Of a stretch of 64,000 nt of DNA, positions 37,897 to 51,218 are shown piece after piece. The stretch's first letter is position 1. Each line of letters begins with the position of its first letter. Below the pieces are notes generated by a model. That model was not told where the DNA came from, searched no databases, and saw nothing but the letters and a program-made list of their open reading frames with translations. The translations under genes and the position numbers were made by a program. The DNA is from Lama guanicoe (lineage: Eukaryota), in assembly GCA_013239625.1 (NCBI GenBank), contig MU054187.1, positions 16,632,941 to 16,696,940 on the forward strand. The letters run 5' to 3'.

Positions 37897-40639
37897 GAAA
37901 AGAATATAGTAAAGAGGTGAGTTTGGGGATAAAGATAAGCTGTTCAGTTTTGAACCTGTTAAGTTAAATTGTCAAATTAGACCCAATTCATAATGGTTTT
38001 TGAAAACCAGGTCAAAGAATTCAAATTTCATACAGTAATTAGTAAAAAGAGCTGCTGAAGAGCCAAATTACAGAAAAATAAAGATAGTGTTAAAGTATAA
38101 TTTATTGTATATATCCATATATATCTTTTAAGAAGAGGAAATAGAAACATTCATCTTTGAGAAGCTAGCGACGTAAGCATGGCGAAAGCAACAGGAAAAC
38201 TTAGGAAGGGACCACAGAGGAGAGATTTGACATCACGTCACGTAAGGAACCCAGATCCCCTGACCTGTATAACATCTGGGTCTGAATAAGGTGGCTTCTC
38301 CAGGTGGACTAAGTTCTACAGGTGGAAAGCTGGGCATGTGGGCTCGATAGGGTTGCCTTCATGAAAATGATAAGAGCCATCCCCTCCTGTGGTGGTCTAC
38401 AGTGCCATGTTGCAGCTCAACACGTAGCATATAGAGTGTGGCCCGAATTTCAGCTCCCACTCACAACCTTTGACCTAGTTTCCCTTGCAGTGTGGGTGTG
38501 GGTGCCAGAGGGGGGGAAGGTAACCCTGGAGGCATTTGACCAGATAAGAGAAAAGGAAGGGAGACTTGTCTTTACTTTAAGAAGATAAAAGACTCTCTTG
38601 GGAAAGGAAGATTAGATGTTTTCAAATGGCTTTACTGGGCAGAATTTTGACCAGCAGACAACTATTTCAAAATAGCAGGTAAATGTTTTAAGTAAATAAA
38701 ACTGCTCAAAAGCATGGTTGACTTTCTTCGGAGACAGTGAGCTCAGTCATTGAAAGTCATAAAATGGACTCTGGATACCTAATTGATAAAAATTTTATAG
38801 AGGAATTCTTCAAAAAATTCTTTCAAGGCTGTGATTTGATGATCACTTGAGTGTTAAGACCAGTAAATCTACAAGCACAGAGGAGAGCTGACCCCCTGGG
38901 ATCAGCTGGGAGGAGGCGGAACTTGGTTTGGTTCTTGTTAAGAGTAATGTTTTCTCAAATACAAAGATTCGGGAAAAAAAATAGAAGCCCTCCCCCAAAC
39001 TTACCTTTTAATATTTGCCTAGCTGTATAATGTCTGCTATAATTGACTATGATTTAACTAACGGTACCGGATCAGCTTTGTCCTAAAAGTCCTACTTGGA
39101 TTGATGGATTATTCTAGGAGAAGTTGGTGTGGATGAAATCCTTATTTGACTTTGGCTAGATTATGTGTCTGCATTCCCCAGAATTTTCTAGTGTACGTAA
39201 CTGGAGAGCTAGTGTTTGCTGTTTTGTGTTTCTGTATTCAACTACTTTGATTTGATATACTTCACATATGGAACATCAATTTTATTTCAAAAGGGAGGTC
39301 TTCAGTATGACCTGACTGTAAGTAAGTGTACAGGTAGGAAGTATCTGTATTTAACTCGAGTAAGAAAGTAAGAGTAATAAGTATCAAACACCTTGTTTTT
39401 ATTTAATGTTAAATTCATTGGTCAACTACTTTAAGGAAAATATGCCTCTTTTGAAAAGAACAGTCAGTTGATAAAAATCAAGTTTTTTCAAAGACTTCAG
39501 CAATGCAGGAAGTTGAAAGAAAATGGAGAAAGGAAAACAGCTCACCAAGAAGGACAGAGGGGGACCTGAGCCAGCGGGTCAGTTACACAGCTAACGATGC
39601 TTATGTCTTTTCAAAGGATAAACAGAAGGTCAGGAAGATAACCATCCTGTTTCCTGGTTCAGGGAGCTGCTGTACATCTTGGAACATATTCTACCTTCCA
39701 ACTCACAGCCCTCACTGGCGACTAGAAACAGGTTCTAACAGATCAGTGCGTCTAAAAGTTAATGTTACGAGCAAAGTAGAACATCGGGTCTAGCAATCAT
39801 GTAAACCCATACCTATTTTTAATGACAGCAGGATAATCAGAATTGTAAGAAATGGAGGAAAACGAACTTTCACAAGATCAGTGGGACAGTAGACCCATGA
39901 ACTCAGTGCAACCCAAATACCTCATCACTTAAAAAAAAACGAAAACGGATTCTCATTTAATTTATGAGAAATCCACTCGGGTCAGTCCTTATTTCTAGGA
40001 TGCGCTCCACGTGACAGGCACTTAAGATGAAACAACAGCAGCTGCAACCACCACCCAGTACCATTTTTTTTTAAATCAGTTGTTGTCTGCCTGATCTAAC
40101 AAGCTAACTAACTGAAGTGCCATTTCAATTCAAGTAGCTTCATTAAGTGACCAGAAATGTGCATCTTTATGATAAACCATCTATTACTGGCTTTAGGATA
40201 CTGTCATTGCTATTTAATTATAAGTTCTTTATATCAACATACAGAGAAGAAATTAATCTCAAAGCTGCCTTACGTGGCAACCTTTCGTAGTCTCTTCCCA
40301 TTTGGCATGAGTATAGCCTAAAACGAGGTTCAGCCCTGTAAGGTACTATTGTATGAGTTACCTATTGCTGTGTAACAAATGACCATTTGAAGATGGGGCC
40401 TTGTTTGCCAGTTCCCAGAGCTGCAAATGTTTGAGGTATCAACATGGTGCTGACTGTTTAAGTACTCATCACATCAGACCCTTGCTATGTTCCCTGTAAA
40501 GACAAGAAGGCCTCTCTCTCCACTCTGACCAGGTTTTGTCCTTCAGGCCCCAGAGCAACATGGCTTATGCCTGTGCCTGACAGGGATCTTCTGGAGGACA
40601 TTTCTTTTATCTTCTGCAAGCAGCCCCTCTATCACAGGG

Positions 40640-41061
40640 TGTGTTGGTTACTCTGATGTGTCAACTTGGCTGGTACCATGGTGCCCAGGTATTTGGTCAA
40701 ACATTTTCCTGGTGTTTCAGATGAGATCAACATTTCAATTGGTGCACTCTGAGTAAAGCAGAATTCCCTCCCTAATGTGGGTGGGCCTCACTCAATCAGT
40801 TGAAGGTCTGAGTAGAACAAAAAGAACAGCCTTCCCGGAGCAAGAGAGAGATCTCCAGCCTCGTGGCCTTCAGATTGCAACTGCAGCATGGGCTCTCCTG
40901 GGTCAACAGCATGCTATGTACTCTGCAGATTTTGGATTTTCCATCCGCTATGATGATGCAAGCCAATTCCTTATAATAAATCTCTCCATGTACATAAAAA
41001 TATATATTTACATACACACATCCTGTTGGTTCTGTTTCTCTGGAGAACCTTGACCAATACA
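40640..41061 (+). mobile_element. ERVL LTR (MLT2D-like), apparently full length
   Basis: TGTGTTGGTTA...TGTGTCAACTTGGCTGG...TTTGGTCAAACATT...GGGTGGGCCTCA..CAATCAGTTGAAGG...GGTTCTGTTTCTCTGGAGAACCTTGACCAATACA. Confidence 0.92.
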
Positions 41062-41189
41062 TAAGGTCATAGTTCATGAGAGTGGGCAGGACACAGTGCC
41101 ATTCTCCCCCTCCTGTCTTGGCTCCAGGGCATAAATCCTCTCCCTCTTCTTTTTGGACTTCGTTAAAACTCCTCAAGTGACTCAACATG

Positions 41190-42260
41190 CGTGTCCCTAA
41201 GGTGTATTCCAGTTTGGACTGCTCTCCTAGGATAGATTCTGAGAAGTGGAATTCTTGGGTCAAAAGCCATGAGTATTCAAGACTCTTCATTCATATAGGG
41301 AAATTGCTCTCCTTAAATATACCTTCATTGGGCCTCCATCAGCAATGAATATTCAAATCTATATAGTGCATTGTTATTCTGAGTAGCATTTATTTGCTCG
41401 CTGGCCAAGATGAATATATTTTTATGTTTACTAGCCATTATCTTTTCCTTTTCTGAGAATTGGCCTTTCATGTCTTTTTACTCATTCTTTTCAGGGGAAA
41501 GGATGAGGACTGAGAAAGGACATTAACTTTTTATCTTTCATGTAATTTGAAAATATTTTTCTCGTTTTGTTGCTTGCCTTAACATTTTCATGAAATTTTT
41601 TCTTTTTATAAATGAAATATATATTTATTGTAGAAAAAATTTTAAATGTATAAAATCACATAAAAAGAAATAAAAATTCCCCAAATTCCCCAGAGGTGGC
41701 TATTACCAACATTTTGCTATAAGTTCTTCTGGTCTTTTGTTGTGGGTATATACAAATAAATGCACGTAAGTATTTTGTTTTTAGGAAAATATATTTCACA
41801 TTTTACTTCTTACATTTTCAAGTTTAACTCTAGAATATATAATGAACATCTTACCATGTTATTAAATGTTACTTTATAGCATGATTTGTTTAACTTACTT
41901 CCCATTGGAGATTGCTGATTGTTGCCAATTTTTACCATAGTAAATAGGAATGAACATACTGGTAAATAAATCTCTCCAAATATCAGTAGTATTAAATAAC
42001 AGAATTATAATTTCTTGTGAAAAAGGAGACATATTTTAAACACTTCTGATACATATAACCAATCTTTTCTCCAATGCTATCTATAACTCCTACAATAATA
42101 TAAGAAAATGCTCATTTCTCTATACCCCTAACAACACTTGGTATGATTATTAAAAACAGCACCATCAGAAAATAGCTTTGACAATATGTAGGTTAAAATG
42201 AACGTCTCTGATATTTCAACTTTTTCTTGATATTCATTCTTCTATTTATTCCACTAATAA
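41190..42260 (-). mobile_element. Ancient L1 (L1ME-like) 3' fragments
   Basis: CTAGGATAGATTCTGAGAAGTGGAATTCTTGGGTCAAA and TATTTATTGTAGAAAAAATTT antisense L1ME motifs. Confidence 0.65.
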
Positions 42261-45200
42261 TTACTGAGTACCACCACAGACTGGGCACAATGTTGACTCC
42301 TGAGAAAACAGTAATTCTCCCTCCCCTCCCTGAATCATTATCTTCATTTTCTGGGTCAAGAGAAATTCTTGCCATGGACTCATCCTCTCGAGTATCCGAG
42401 CATCTCAAGGATACATTGTACCTCCCCTATTTCTCAGTTATGGTAGAGTTACTCCCATAGGACAGTCTAACCCGTGTCTGCTCTGTTATGGTCAATACTC
42501 TAAACGATAGTTCCATCTGAGTTAACTTTTTTTTCAGATACATTCTTGATTTTTGTTGAGATCCATGTAATACAGGAGGTATGGGCGAATCAGTCAAACA
42601 ATGAGCTTCTGGGAGAAATTATGAAATAAAACTGAAAGGCAGTTTGGTCTTGTAGAAACAGGATAGATTTTGAGTTAAGAAAGATGTTGGTTCTCACACC
42701 TGCACTGTAGCCGTGAGCAAATTACTTTGTTGCTTCTTTTGTGAAGTCTGGCTTATATATAATACTTTTCTTACTGAATAAAAAAACCTAGAAGAGTACC
42801 AGCCACTGAGTAGAGCTAAGGGTTTTTGGTTTGTTTCAACTAGACTTTGTTACTTGGGTGCCCCCTTTCATAATCTTGTCTCTAGTCTTGCCGCCCTGTG
42901 TCTTCTGAGGAAAGCTTAACCTTCCCTGCTGGCCCTGGAAGACTTGCATTTCCACTTGAGGTTGTTAAACTGCACTTTCTTCTTTAGATGACGCCTTGTG
43001 TTATGAACCTGTCTTTGCCCGGCTCATGCACAAAACCCTGGTCTGACCAGACCCTGCTTTCCAGGGTGATAAATAGTTTTCAGGAAATCTGTGAGTTCCT
43101 TGTGGGCAGAAAACATGTCCTGTGTTTCCTCTGTGTTTCTATCCTCAGCGCCTGCAAGTGCTTAATGATTATCTATTGAATGACTATTCATCTGAACTTG
43201 GATGTTAAGGGCTTATGTGTGAAATCTCGAGTAATTTTTTTTTTTTTGCATGTCAATGCCCTTCTTTTGTTTCATCTGAAGATATCCTAGCTACCTACTG
43301 AGAATGAACCCAAATGGTACCTTCCCCAGGAGGCCCTCCATGGGTCCCTGATGGAAAAATTACTCAGTTCTCCACACTTTCCATGCACTTAGTCTATTTG
43401 CTTTCATTGTCTCCTCCTTTGGTAGACTCTGATCTGTTTATCTTTGGATTTCCAAATGCTCAGCGTACTGAAGAAAGCATTCAATAATCGTCTGTCTGAG
43501 TAGGAGAGGGAAGCTGTGTTTAATCCTCCGTATGCTTTAAAGTTCAGTTTGTATAAAGGAGAAGCTGATTTAAAACGTCCTTGAAGGACAGTCAGCAAAA
43601 AGAGGCAATGAGCAATCATCGGAGAGAGCAGGGGATGTGGAGACAGAGCAGGTTTGATTGGCGGTGCGGAAGTTTGTGGGTGTCTGTATGGAGGCCAACT
43701 TTCCCCTGTCTCCAGCTGCCTCTGGTCTCTGCCTGGTGCCAGCAGGAAAGCCACTAGGGGTGGCAGTACCTTCCCTGTAATTTAGCAAATTAGAAATAAT
43801 CCTCTCACTTTAGAGACATCTACTGATGATGGAATTCCAGGCACCACGGCCGACTCACGGCCGATACGTATACTTTTCAAAACACACTTGGAAGCCCCTG
43901 CCTAGAATGGTCCTGCTGAGACAAGTCCACGGGCCTTCCTGATGTAACTCATTAAAGGAAATATGTAAGTAACCAGAGCTGAGGTGGAAGGCAGAGGGGA
44001 AGATAAGGACCAGCTTCAGCATCTAACTGCTTATCACAAAAATCTGTCACTTCACCCTTGCAGTACCTTGTGGCTTTGTATTAGGAAATTTAATTATCAT
44101 GCTTTTGATTCAACTTCTCAATCCAAAGACTGAGGTGTTTTTAAAAAGACTAGACTTTAATTCTAAGGTTTTTAGGAGACATTTAACCTTTTCCTTGCCA
44201 GCATTTCTGAGACAGTTTTCATGGATCATAGATGACCTTAGAACATCACCCAGTCCGCAGGCCTTTTTTCCCTCTTAACACTTTATTTTATTCTTGAGTG
44301 CCCATTTTCCACTTGTCAACTTCACAACGCTTGACAAAACCAAACTCAGAGTGTCAATGGAGGAGACTTTCCCAAGGATCACCATCAGGAGTGCCGCTGT
44401 TAACTGCAACACAGCCACTTTCTAACGGCCCCTTCACTGCCTCACTGTGCCGCTGAAAAGAGAAGGAAGTACACGCTATTGAGGAAAAGAGATTCAGTCT
44501 TAGAAAAATTTTGTTTCTCTTAATGTTTCTAGTTTGACTTCGGGAAAAGGAATATGTATTATTGTTTTCAGACACCAAGTCATCTGTGCATTTTGAATTT
44601 TCCACCAGTTATCTTCCCACGTGTGGAATGAACAAATGTGGGAAAGAATTGGAGACTGATGATTTAATTTTTTAAAAAAGAAAACTGATGAGACAGCAAA
44701 TGATATTCAGTCCTATTAAAGGGACTAAGCACAGACCTTAAACAAAATATTCTTACATTCCTTGCATTGGGATTGTGTGATATGGTTCCACAATTCAGGG
44801 AGATTGGAAATTACAGAACATCTGCAGCGAAATTGGTTTTCTGTGGAAAACTGATGAATCACTTACTGCCAACGACTAGAAGGAAAAGCACTTGTTTATG
44901 CCCTTATGTAATGAATTTTTATGAGGTGAAGTTTGCTGTTTATAAAAAATACACTTTAAGCTGCTGTAGATGTAAAATAATAGAATTCAGAATTCAGAGC
45001 AATGCATTACTGCAAAGACAGTCACTAGCAGAATATTATCTGCTTACAAAACACCAAAACAGGACTATTACTTCTATAATGGAATTAAAAAAAATCTCAT
45101 CTACCCAGTTGGATTCGAGAAGAAGTATTTAAAGAGACGTAGCTGAAATTGACAGCTCCAAAATTGCATGTATTTTCAAAGAAAAGTTATTAATTCTCTC

Positions 45201-48200
45201 ATTGTGCTTCTGAATTCCAACTGTGTTTTCCCTCAAAGCAAGATTGCCACAGAACATTTTAAATTAAAAATGGCACTCCTAAGTTTCACCACAAAGACAA
45301 ACTGGGAGTGCTGGCCGCTCTGTGGTCTTACAGAAATGCATGCAGAAATCTCACAATACCCTCAGTTGTTCACTCAGCATGAAGGGCTCCATGGTCAAAC
45401 CCCAAACTCTCTTGCCTTCTCCAAACACTTAGTGAGCATGCGTGTTGTGCCAGTCACTGTCTGGGGATGCAGTGTCACACAACAGTGAGAAGGATACGGC
45501 CTCTGTCCTCCCTGAGCTCATGGTCTATTTTGCCACTTGAGAAAAAGTCACCTCATCGAAACTGAGGAACATTTTAGTAGCTTTCAGAAGAGGTACTAAG
45601 AAATATCGCACACAATATTGGATGGGGGTCCTTTGCATGCCCTTTGTATTTGGTGGGGAGCTAAGCATTTTTAAGGCAATTAGCCATCATTTCCATGAGT
45701 GGAAAATCATCGTAGTATTTTATACTTTTTGTTGACTAAAAAGGCACTCTTGCAAACTGTCGGGGAGTGAAGAGCACAGAGGCCGTCAGGGAAGGACACT
45801 ACTTCCTGAGGGCTTAGGGATAACGTTTACCGGGGAACCGTCCCAGACACCTACCAGGACGGTAAAGCCTCTGGCTCCACAAATTCAGAACTGTGACTAT
45901 TTAGATAAAGTCTCAGCTGAAGTTCAAGTTTGCCTTATGTCTTATAGGCACCCAAACCATAGAAATACCTCAAAAATGTCAGCATCTCTGTGTCCACATC
46001 TGGAAAGAATACAAAAATCCTGGGTGAGACCCTGTGTCTTGACTCTTACTTGAGGACATATGGTCACATGACAGGCTTAGGTGAACTGATAATATAAAGT
46101 ATTTATGTCAATTGTTTTGATCTGGTGTACTAGTTTTAGATATTTTAAAGTAATTAAACTACCTTCGTTTACAAATACTGTACATTTATTTTTAAATACC
46201 ATAGAAATGCTTTTGGAAAAGGAAGTGGGAACTTTTTATCTTTTTGTTGCCTACAGACTTCAACGTGGTTAAAAAAATGTATATACCATATGGAGTCAGA
46301 GATATAATATGTAATTTAAAATGCATAAACTATTCAGACTCTTTCAACAGTTTGTGGTTTGCCATAAATAAAGTCAGGCTTTATTTACTGTAATGCAAAA
46401 ATAGGCACTCTAAGGTTTTTAGGGTCTGATATCTCCTCAATTCACATATTTAAGGACTTGTTTACTAGTTGTGCAGATGTTTTACCTTTGAATTGAACTG
46501 AGACAAAATTGGCCATGAGATTTTACAGAAATAAGTAACTTGTTTCGGTGTAATTAAACAGTATTATATGCTGTTGTAGAAAATTTGGGTAATGTAGAAA
46601 AGTATAAAGAAAAAAATCAAAACTGAATTACTTAGACGTTTATTATAAGATACATGTGCTTGTTTATCTCACAGTTGAGATCATATTGTACTTAATTTAA
46701 TATCCTACTCCTTTCATTTTAATATATTGTAAGTACTGCCCTATGTAATTAAAGTTATTCGTATGTATTTCTGCATCAAAGTTTTTTCCATGGTATTTAT
46801 AATATTGTTTGAGTCAATTAAAACGCTATACCAATTTATTTGTTTCCCCACGGTTGAACATTTGTGTTGTTTCACATCTTTATTACAAATAGAGCTATCC
46901 TGAACATCATCTCAATAAATCTGTACCTAAAATCTTACCATGTCCTTGAGACAGATTCTTAAGGTCAATGGATATAAACATGTCCACACAGCCACATCCA
47001 TGTGATTTTCAAATCAGCTTTAAACAGATTTTTGTTTTACTGGCTCTGGGATTTTGTCGAAGGCATGAACCAAAACTGTTAATGAGAAAAAGTTACTTTC
47101 CTGTGAGTGAGAAGGAACAAGAACTACCTATTGAATACCTTACTTTTGGGTTTCCTGGCCTCGGGAGTGACTTGGTTTGACCTTGTTTGACTTGTTTTAA
47201 TTGCCGGAGTAACAGCTCAAAGCAAGATTCCATGAACACCTTTGTACAAAATGGTGCCTACCTTTAAAAAAATTTTTTTTAAATGCCATTTTAAAAACCA
47301 AAAGCTTTTCCTTGAAAATACCAAGAAAAAAAAAATAACAGATGACCCAGAAACATAAAGGCATATCCTGTCTTGTTTCACGACTGACGTACTCTTGGAA
47401 AGAAAAAAAAAAAAAAACATAGAAGCAAAATACTTGCCAACTTACTTGTGGGGAATATAAGTATAGATGGCACACTCATTTTAGCCGCAGAGAACCACTG
47501 GGCAGCAGGACCGGAGAGAATATGGCCTATTGGTTTGGCTAAAAAAGTATGTGTGGAATTGTTCTGTTGCTGAAAATGTCTTTTCTTAATCCAGTAACAC
47601 TTCACTTACTGAGCGCTGTTAGGAAAAACAGCTTTTTTAAAAGTCAGTGTTCCAAATGAATCAAGTTGTTGGCTTTTGAGGGCCGACACATCTTGAAGGT
47701 TCCTTAAATACAGCAATGCTCATGTCATGGCCTCCTTAACCAATGACGCAGATTATAAAGTCACTTTCATCGATGATGCAAGGTCATTTTTTAAACCACA
47801 ATTACTATTCAGTTAGCCCTCAGAGCCTGTGTGTCCCTACTCTAAATGTTACCAGATCACACTTTTTAAGTTTTTTTCCCATCGATACCAGGTTTTCCCT
47901 TATTTCTTGTTACTGTAAACATGTTTGCTTTTTAACAGTTTCCTCCCCCCTCATCTGTTATTTTTAACCTGTCAGTGAAAGTTTATTAGAAATCTATCCA
48001 AAATAAAGCAGCCTCTAAGTGAAGACTCAAGGAACTACCCCGGGCGGAGAGCTTCGGTGCATGGAATCTATGAAAGTCTGTCTTGACTTCTCAAGGCTTG
48101 GCTGACTTCCGGGTCTCCGACCATTTCAGACAGTGGTGCTGTTAAGGTACCACAGACTGACCAGAAATAATAACAATCATGACTCGTATCGATGGATTAT

Positions 48201-48224
48201 TTGCTATAGCCTTTGATCTGGTTT

Positions 48225-48812
48225 CCTTGCTCTTATTCATACCTTCCCACATGTCAGCAACAGTGAGCCTTTAAAAGGATGTAAGTTTGATGGTATTTCT
48301 CTGTTTAAAATCTTCCAGTGGTTTTCTCAGACTTAGAATAAACTCAGGTATTTTTTCATCCCATCACGGGCTGGCCCCGGGCCCCTCATCTCACTGCCTC
48401 CCTTCCTACCTCTCTTGTTTGTTCTGATTTCTTGTTGTTCCTTGAACGGGCAATGGACTCTCATCTCTGAACACGGGCACTTGCCATTTTGTTCTCCCGG
48501 CATTCCTCCTCTGCTTGGCTTTCTCTCTCATTTCATTCAGATCTTTTCAAATCTCAGCTCTGCAGAGAGGACTTCCAGGAGCATGTAATTCAATACAGCG
48601 TCCCTGTCATTCCCTGTTCCCTTAATCTGCTGCATTTTCCTCAGAGCACTTCTAACGTCTGAAGTGATCTTACAACATGTGTTTATTGTCTAGCACCCCT
48701 CCAAGAATGTAAACTCCATGAGAGCCAGGGTTTTATTTTATTCATGAATGCATCTCTGGGTACAGAAGCAGCATGCCTGCAGGGGCTCAAGGAAGAATCA
48801 GTGAAAGGATGG
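48225..48812. mobile_element. L2 3' region
   Basis: CTGTTTAAAATCTTCCAGTGGTTTTC...TTCAAATCTCAGCTCTGCAGAGAGGACTTCC...AGAATGTAAACTCCATGAGAGC. Confidence 0.8.
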
Positions 48813-49039
48813 TATGTTATTTAATTCCCATTCCAGCCCTGAGAGGTAGACAGGACTGAGTGCTCATTTCATAGGCTGATCCAGCTGAAACTCAGAGCAG
48901 TTAAATAAACTTATTCAAAACCCACAGCCACTAAGTACTGAAGGCAGGGGAGCTGGGAACAAGGGAGCAGGACATGCCTCGAATCAGCCTGGACCGATGT
49001 GCGAATTTTAGATCCAATCACTGAAGCCACTTAGATACA

Positions 49040-50020
49040 CTAAATACACAAGTAGGGAACCTGGCTTGAGAACCAGCTGCATGGGAGAGGAAAGAAAAAT
49101 GGGGCTGGAAAAGTTCTTGTTTTCCCAAAGGCGGACACTCAGGGTTGCATGTGAGCGTCTTGTCGCTAAAGTGGAAACACATGATGTAGCTAAGTATGAC
49201 CCAGTTGTCGTGAACCTTGAGCCCTGAAGCCGCTACGGAGCGCGGACAGAAGCACCAGGGTCATGCGAGCCTGCAGGGGCGCAGGGACCACGTGGAGTCT
49301 GGGGCCGTCACAGCAACTTGGCCTCAGGCCCGCATCTCTGCGGTGAGGTGAAGCTCCCTGAGGCAGCGCTTGGGTGGTCTCGGTGGTCCTGATCCACTGA
49401 TCAGTAGCTGACCACCACCTGTCTAGGGTGTGCTCTCTGCCAAGGATCCTCACAAGCACGAAAAACAAAAACAGGAAACTCTAAGGAAAAAGCATGGAGA
49501 GACGGTAGCAGGGGTGGGCCCTGCTGGGGTGGCCACCTGGCCCCTCCTCCAAGGATGGCCTCGCTGCCCGGCTGCGGGGAGTCAGGTCAGCAGGCAGCCT
49601 CTAGCCCTTTGGGGTCTGTCTCGGGTGCAGAGCTTCCAGGCCTGAGGTGGTGTCCTTCCCGGAGCAGCCACATCCAGCGTCTGAGAGGTGGAGGCGGTAA
49701 GGCCTGATGACTCTGGCCCAACCCCGGGGGTCCTGACAGACCGCACAAGCTCCCCCGCCCTCCGTGCGGTGGCCGAGGCTGGCGGGCCCGTGTTGTGATT
49801 CTGTCTCTTCTGCTTCTTCGCCATTTCCTCTCACAGGCGTGGATCCCTAAGGGGCATCCAGCACTTCAAACCCCTTTCAAGATCTGCTTCTGCAGAACCC
49901 AACCTGTGAAGCTGGGTTTAGTCATCAGCTGCCAGAACGTCTCCATTGGTTCACTGGGACTGAGACAGAGGCTCTGGTTTCCAGGGATGAGCAGAACAGC
50001 CACGGTCTCCAATCTCATGG
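49040..50020. mobile_element. GC/CpG-rich old ERVL-type (LTR16/LTR33-like plus internal) remnant
   Basis: TCTGCTTCTGCAGAACCCAACCTGTGA resembles the LTR16/33 terminus. The family assignment is tentative. Confidence 0.4.
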
Positions 50021-50895
50021 CAGGTGGTGGTGGTGGTGGTGGGGCATCACTAGTCGGGGTGGCAGACGTTAAGTAAAAATAAAAAATTTAAAAAGAGACA
50101 TTGTACCAAGAGCCATTAGGTCTGTGGGGGAAGAAAAAAACAACTCCCGTAACATTGACAACTCTATTAGCATGCACGTAAAGCACCGTGTGTTCACGGT
50201 AAAATCATGACAGTGTGGGTACCTACTCGGAATTTGCTATCAAAAAAACAGTTAACAAAATTGTTGGTATAACAAATCTTGCTGACTTTAATTCTTTCAG
50301 ATCTTCAAAGGCATTCATTCACTTACTTATTAATGTCCTTATCAAACTAGGTCACTGGTAAAATTAAAGGCTGCCCGTAGACCACTGGGGTAAGGAAGGT
50401 GAACGTCGACACTAGTCGGGTTTTACTGTTTCCATCTGCCAGGCAGCCACCACTCTCATGACAGCATCCTGGTTTCCTGGGGGGCACTGCCTCCTCTCCC
50501 ACTGCGGGTTCACAGGTGTTCCAGAGGGGGCACCATCCACCCTGGAGTCACTGGGGGCGTGACTTCTCCGTCTCTGTTGGGGAATGTGTACACAATCCCA
50601 GGCTGACAAGTGACTGAGCTCCTGGACTTTGCCAGGACTATCAGGCAAGAAGCTCCAGGCCAGTGAGATCAGAGTGCTGGCAGAAGGTAGGTCCTGAGCT
50701 TCTGGTGGACACCGTTTGGCCCAAGAAAGAGGCTGAATGAATCCCTTAGAAACCGACTTTAGAGAGAAGCTTAAAATGACAATTGGGACATCAGATCTTC
50801 AGGTTTAAAGCAACAGGTCTTACTATTTGTCATTTTATGATGTTATGACATCATTTCTGAAAAGAAATGCACCCATCCCAGAATCTTCACAGTCT

Positions 50896-50901
50896 TTTAT
50901 T
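50896..50901 (-). terminator. PEX2: Proximal PEX2 polyadenylation signal AATAAA
   Basis: TTTATT on the plus strand ~320 nt past the stop codon, followed on the minus strand by G/T-rich sequence (TGGGATGGGTGCATTTCTTTTC). An ATTAAA variant also occurs at 51002-51007. Confidence 0.6.
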
Positions 50902-51218
50902 TTTAGACTCTAACCTCTTTCCAGGAAGTGGCAAAATGAAGGAGCATTCTTAGGAGTCACTGGATAAAAATGATCCATTATTCTTGACATTAAAAATGAA
51001 ATTTAATGATTAAAAAAATACATTACCACTCGCATAATCTATTTAGAATCGTGTGGTTTCTAGTGTGAGTAGAACTTAGTCATGCCTGGAAAGGAACAGA
51101 AGGCAGTGGCTGAGAAGCACGTGTCCTCGTAAAACAGGCCTATATCGTGTGCTCAGGATGACTAACACCAGGGACTTTAACATGACACAGTTTTCCCCAG
51201 AGGAAACAGTTTTAACTT

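Noticed and set aside
40796..41290. 164-aa minus-strand ORF
   Set aside because: It runs through an L1 fragment and an MLT2 LTR, so it is a chance ORF.
43750..43769. CTCF-like CCACTAGGGGTGGCAG (also CCAGAGGGGGCAC at ~50521)
   Set aside because: Both need indels to fit the CTCF core spacing.
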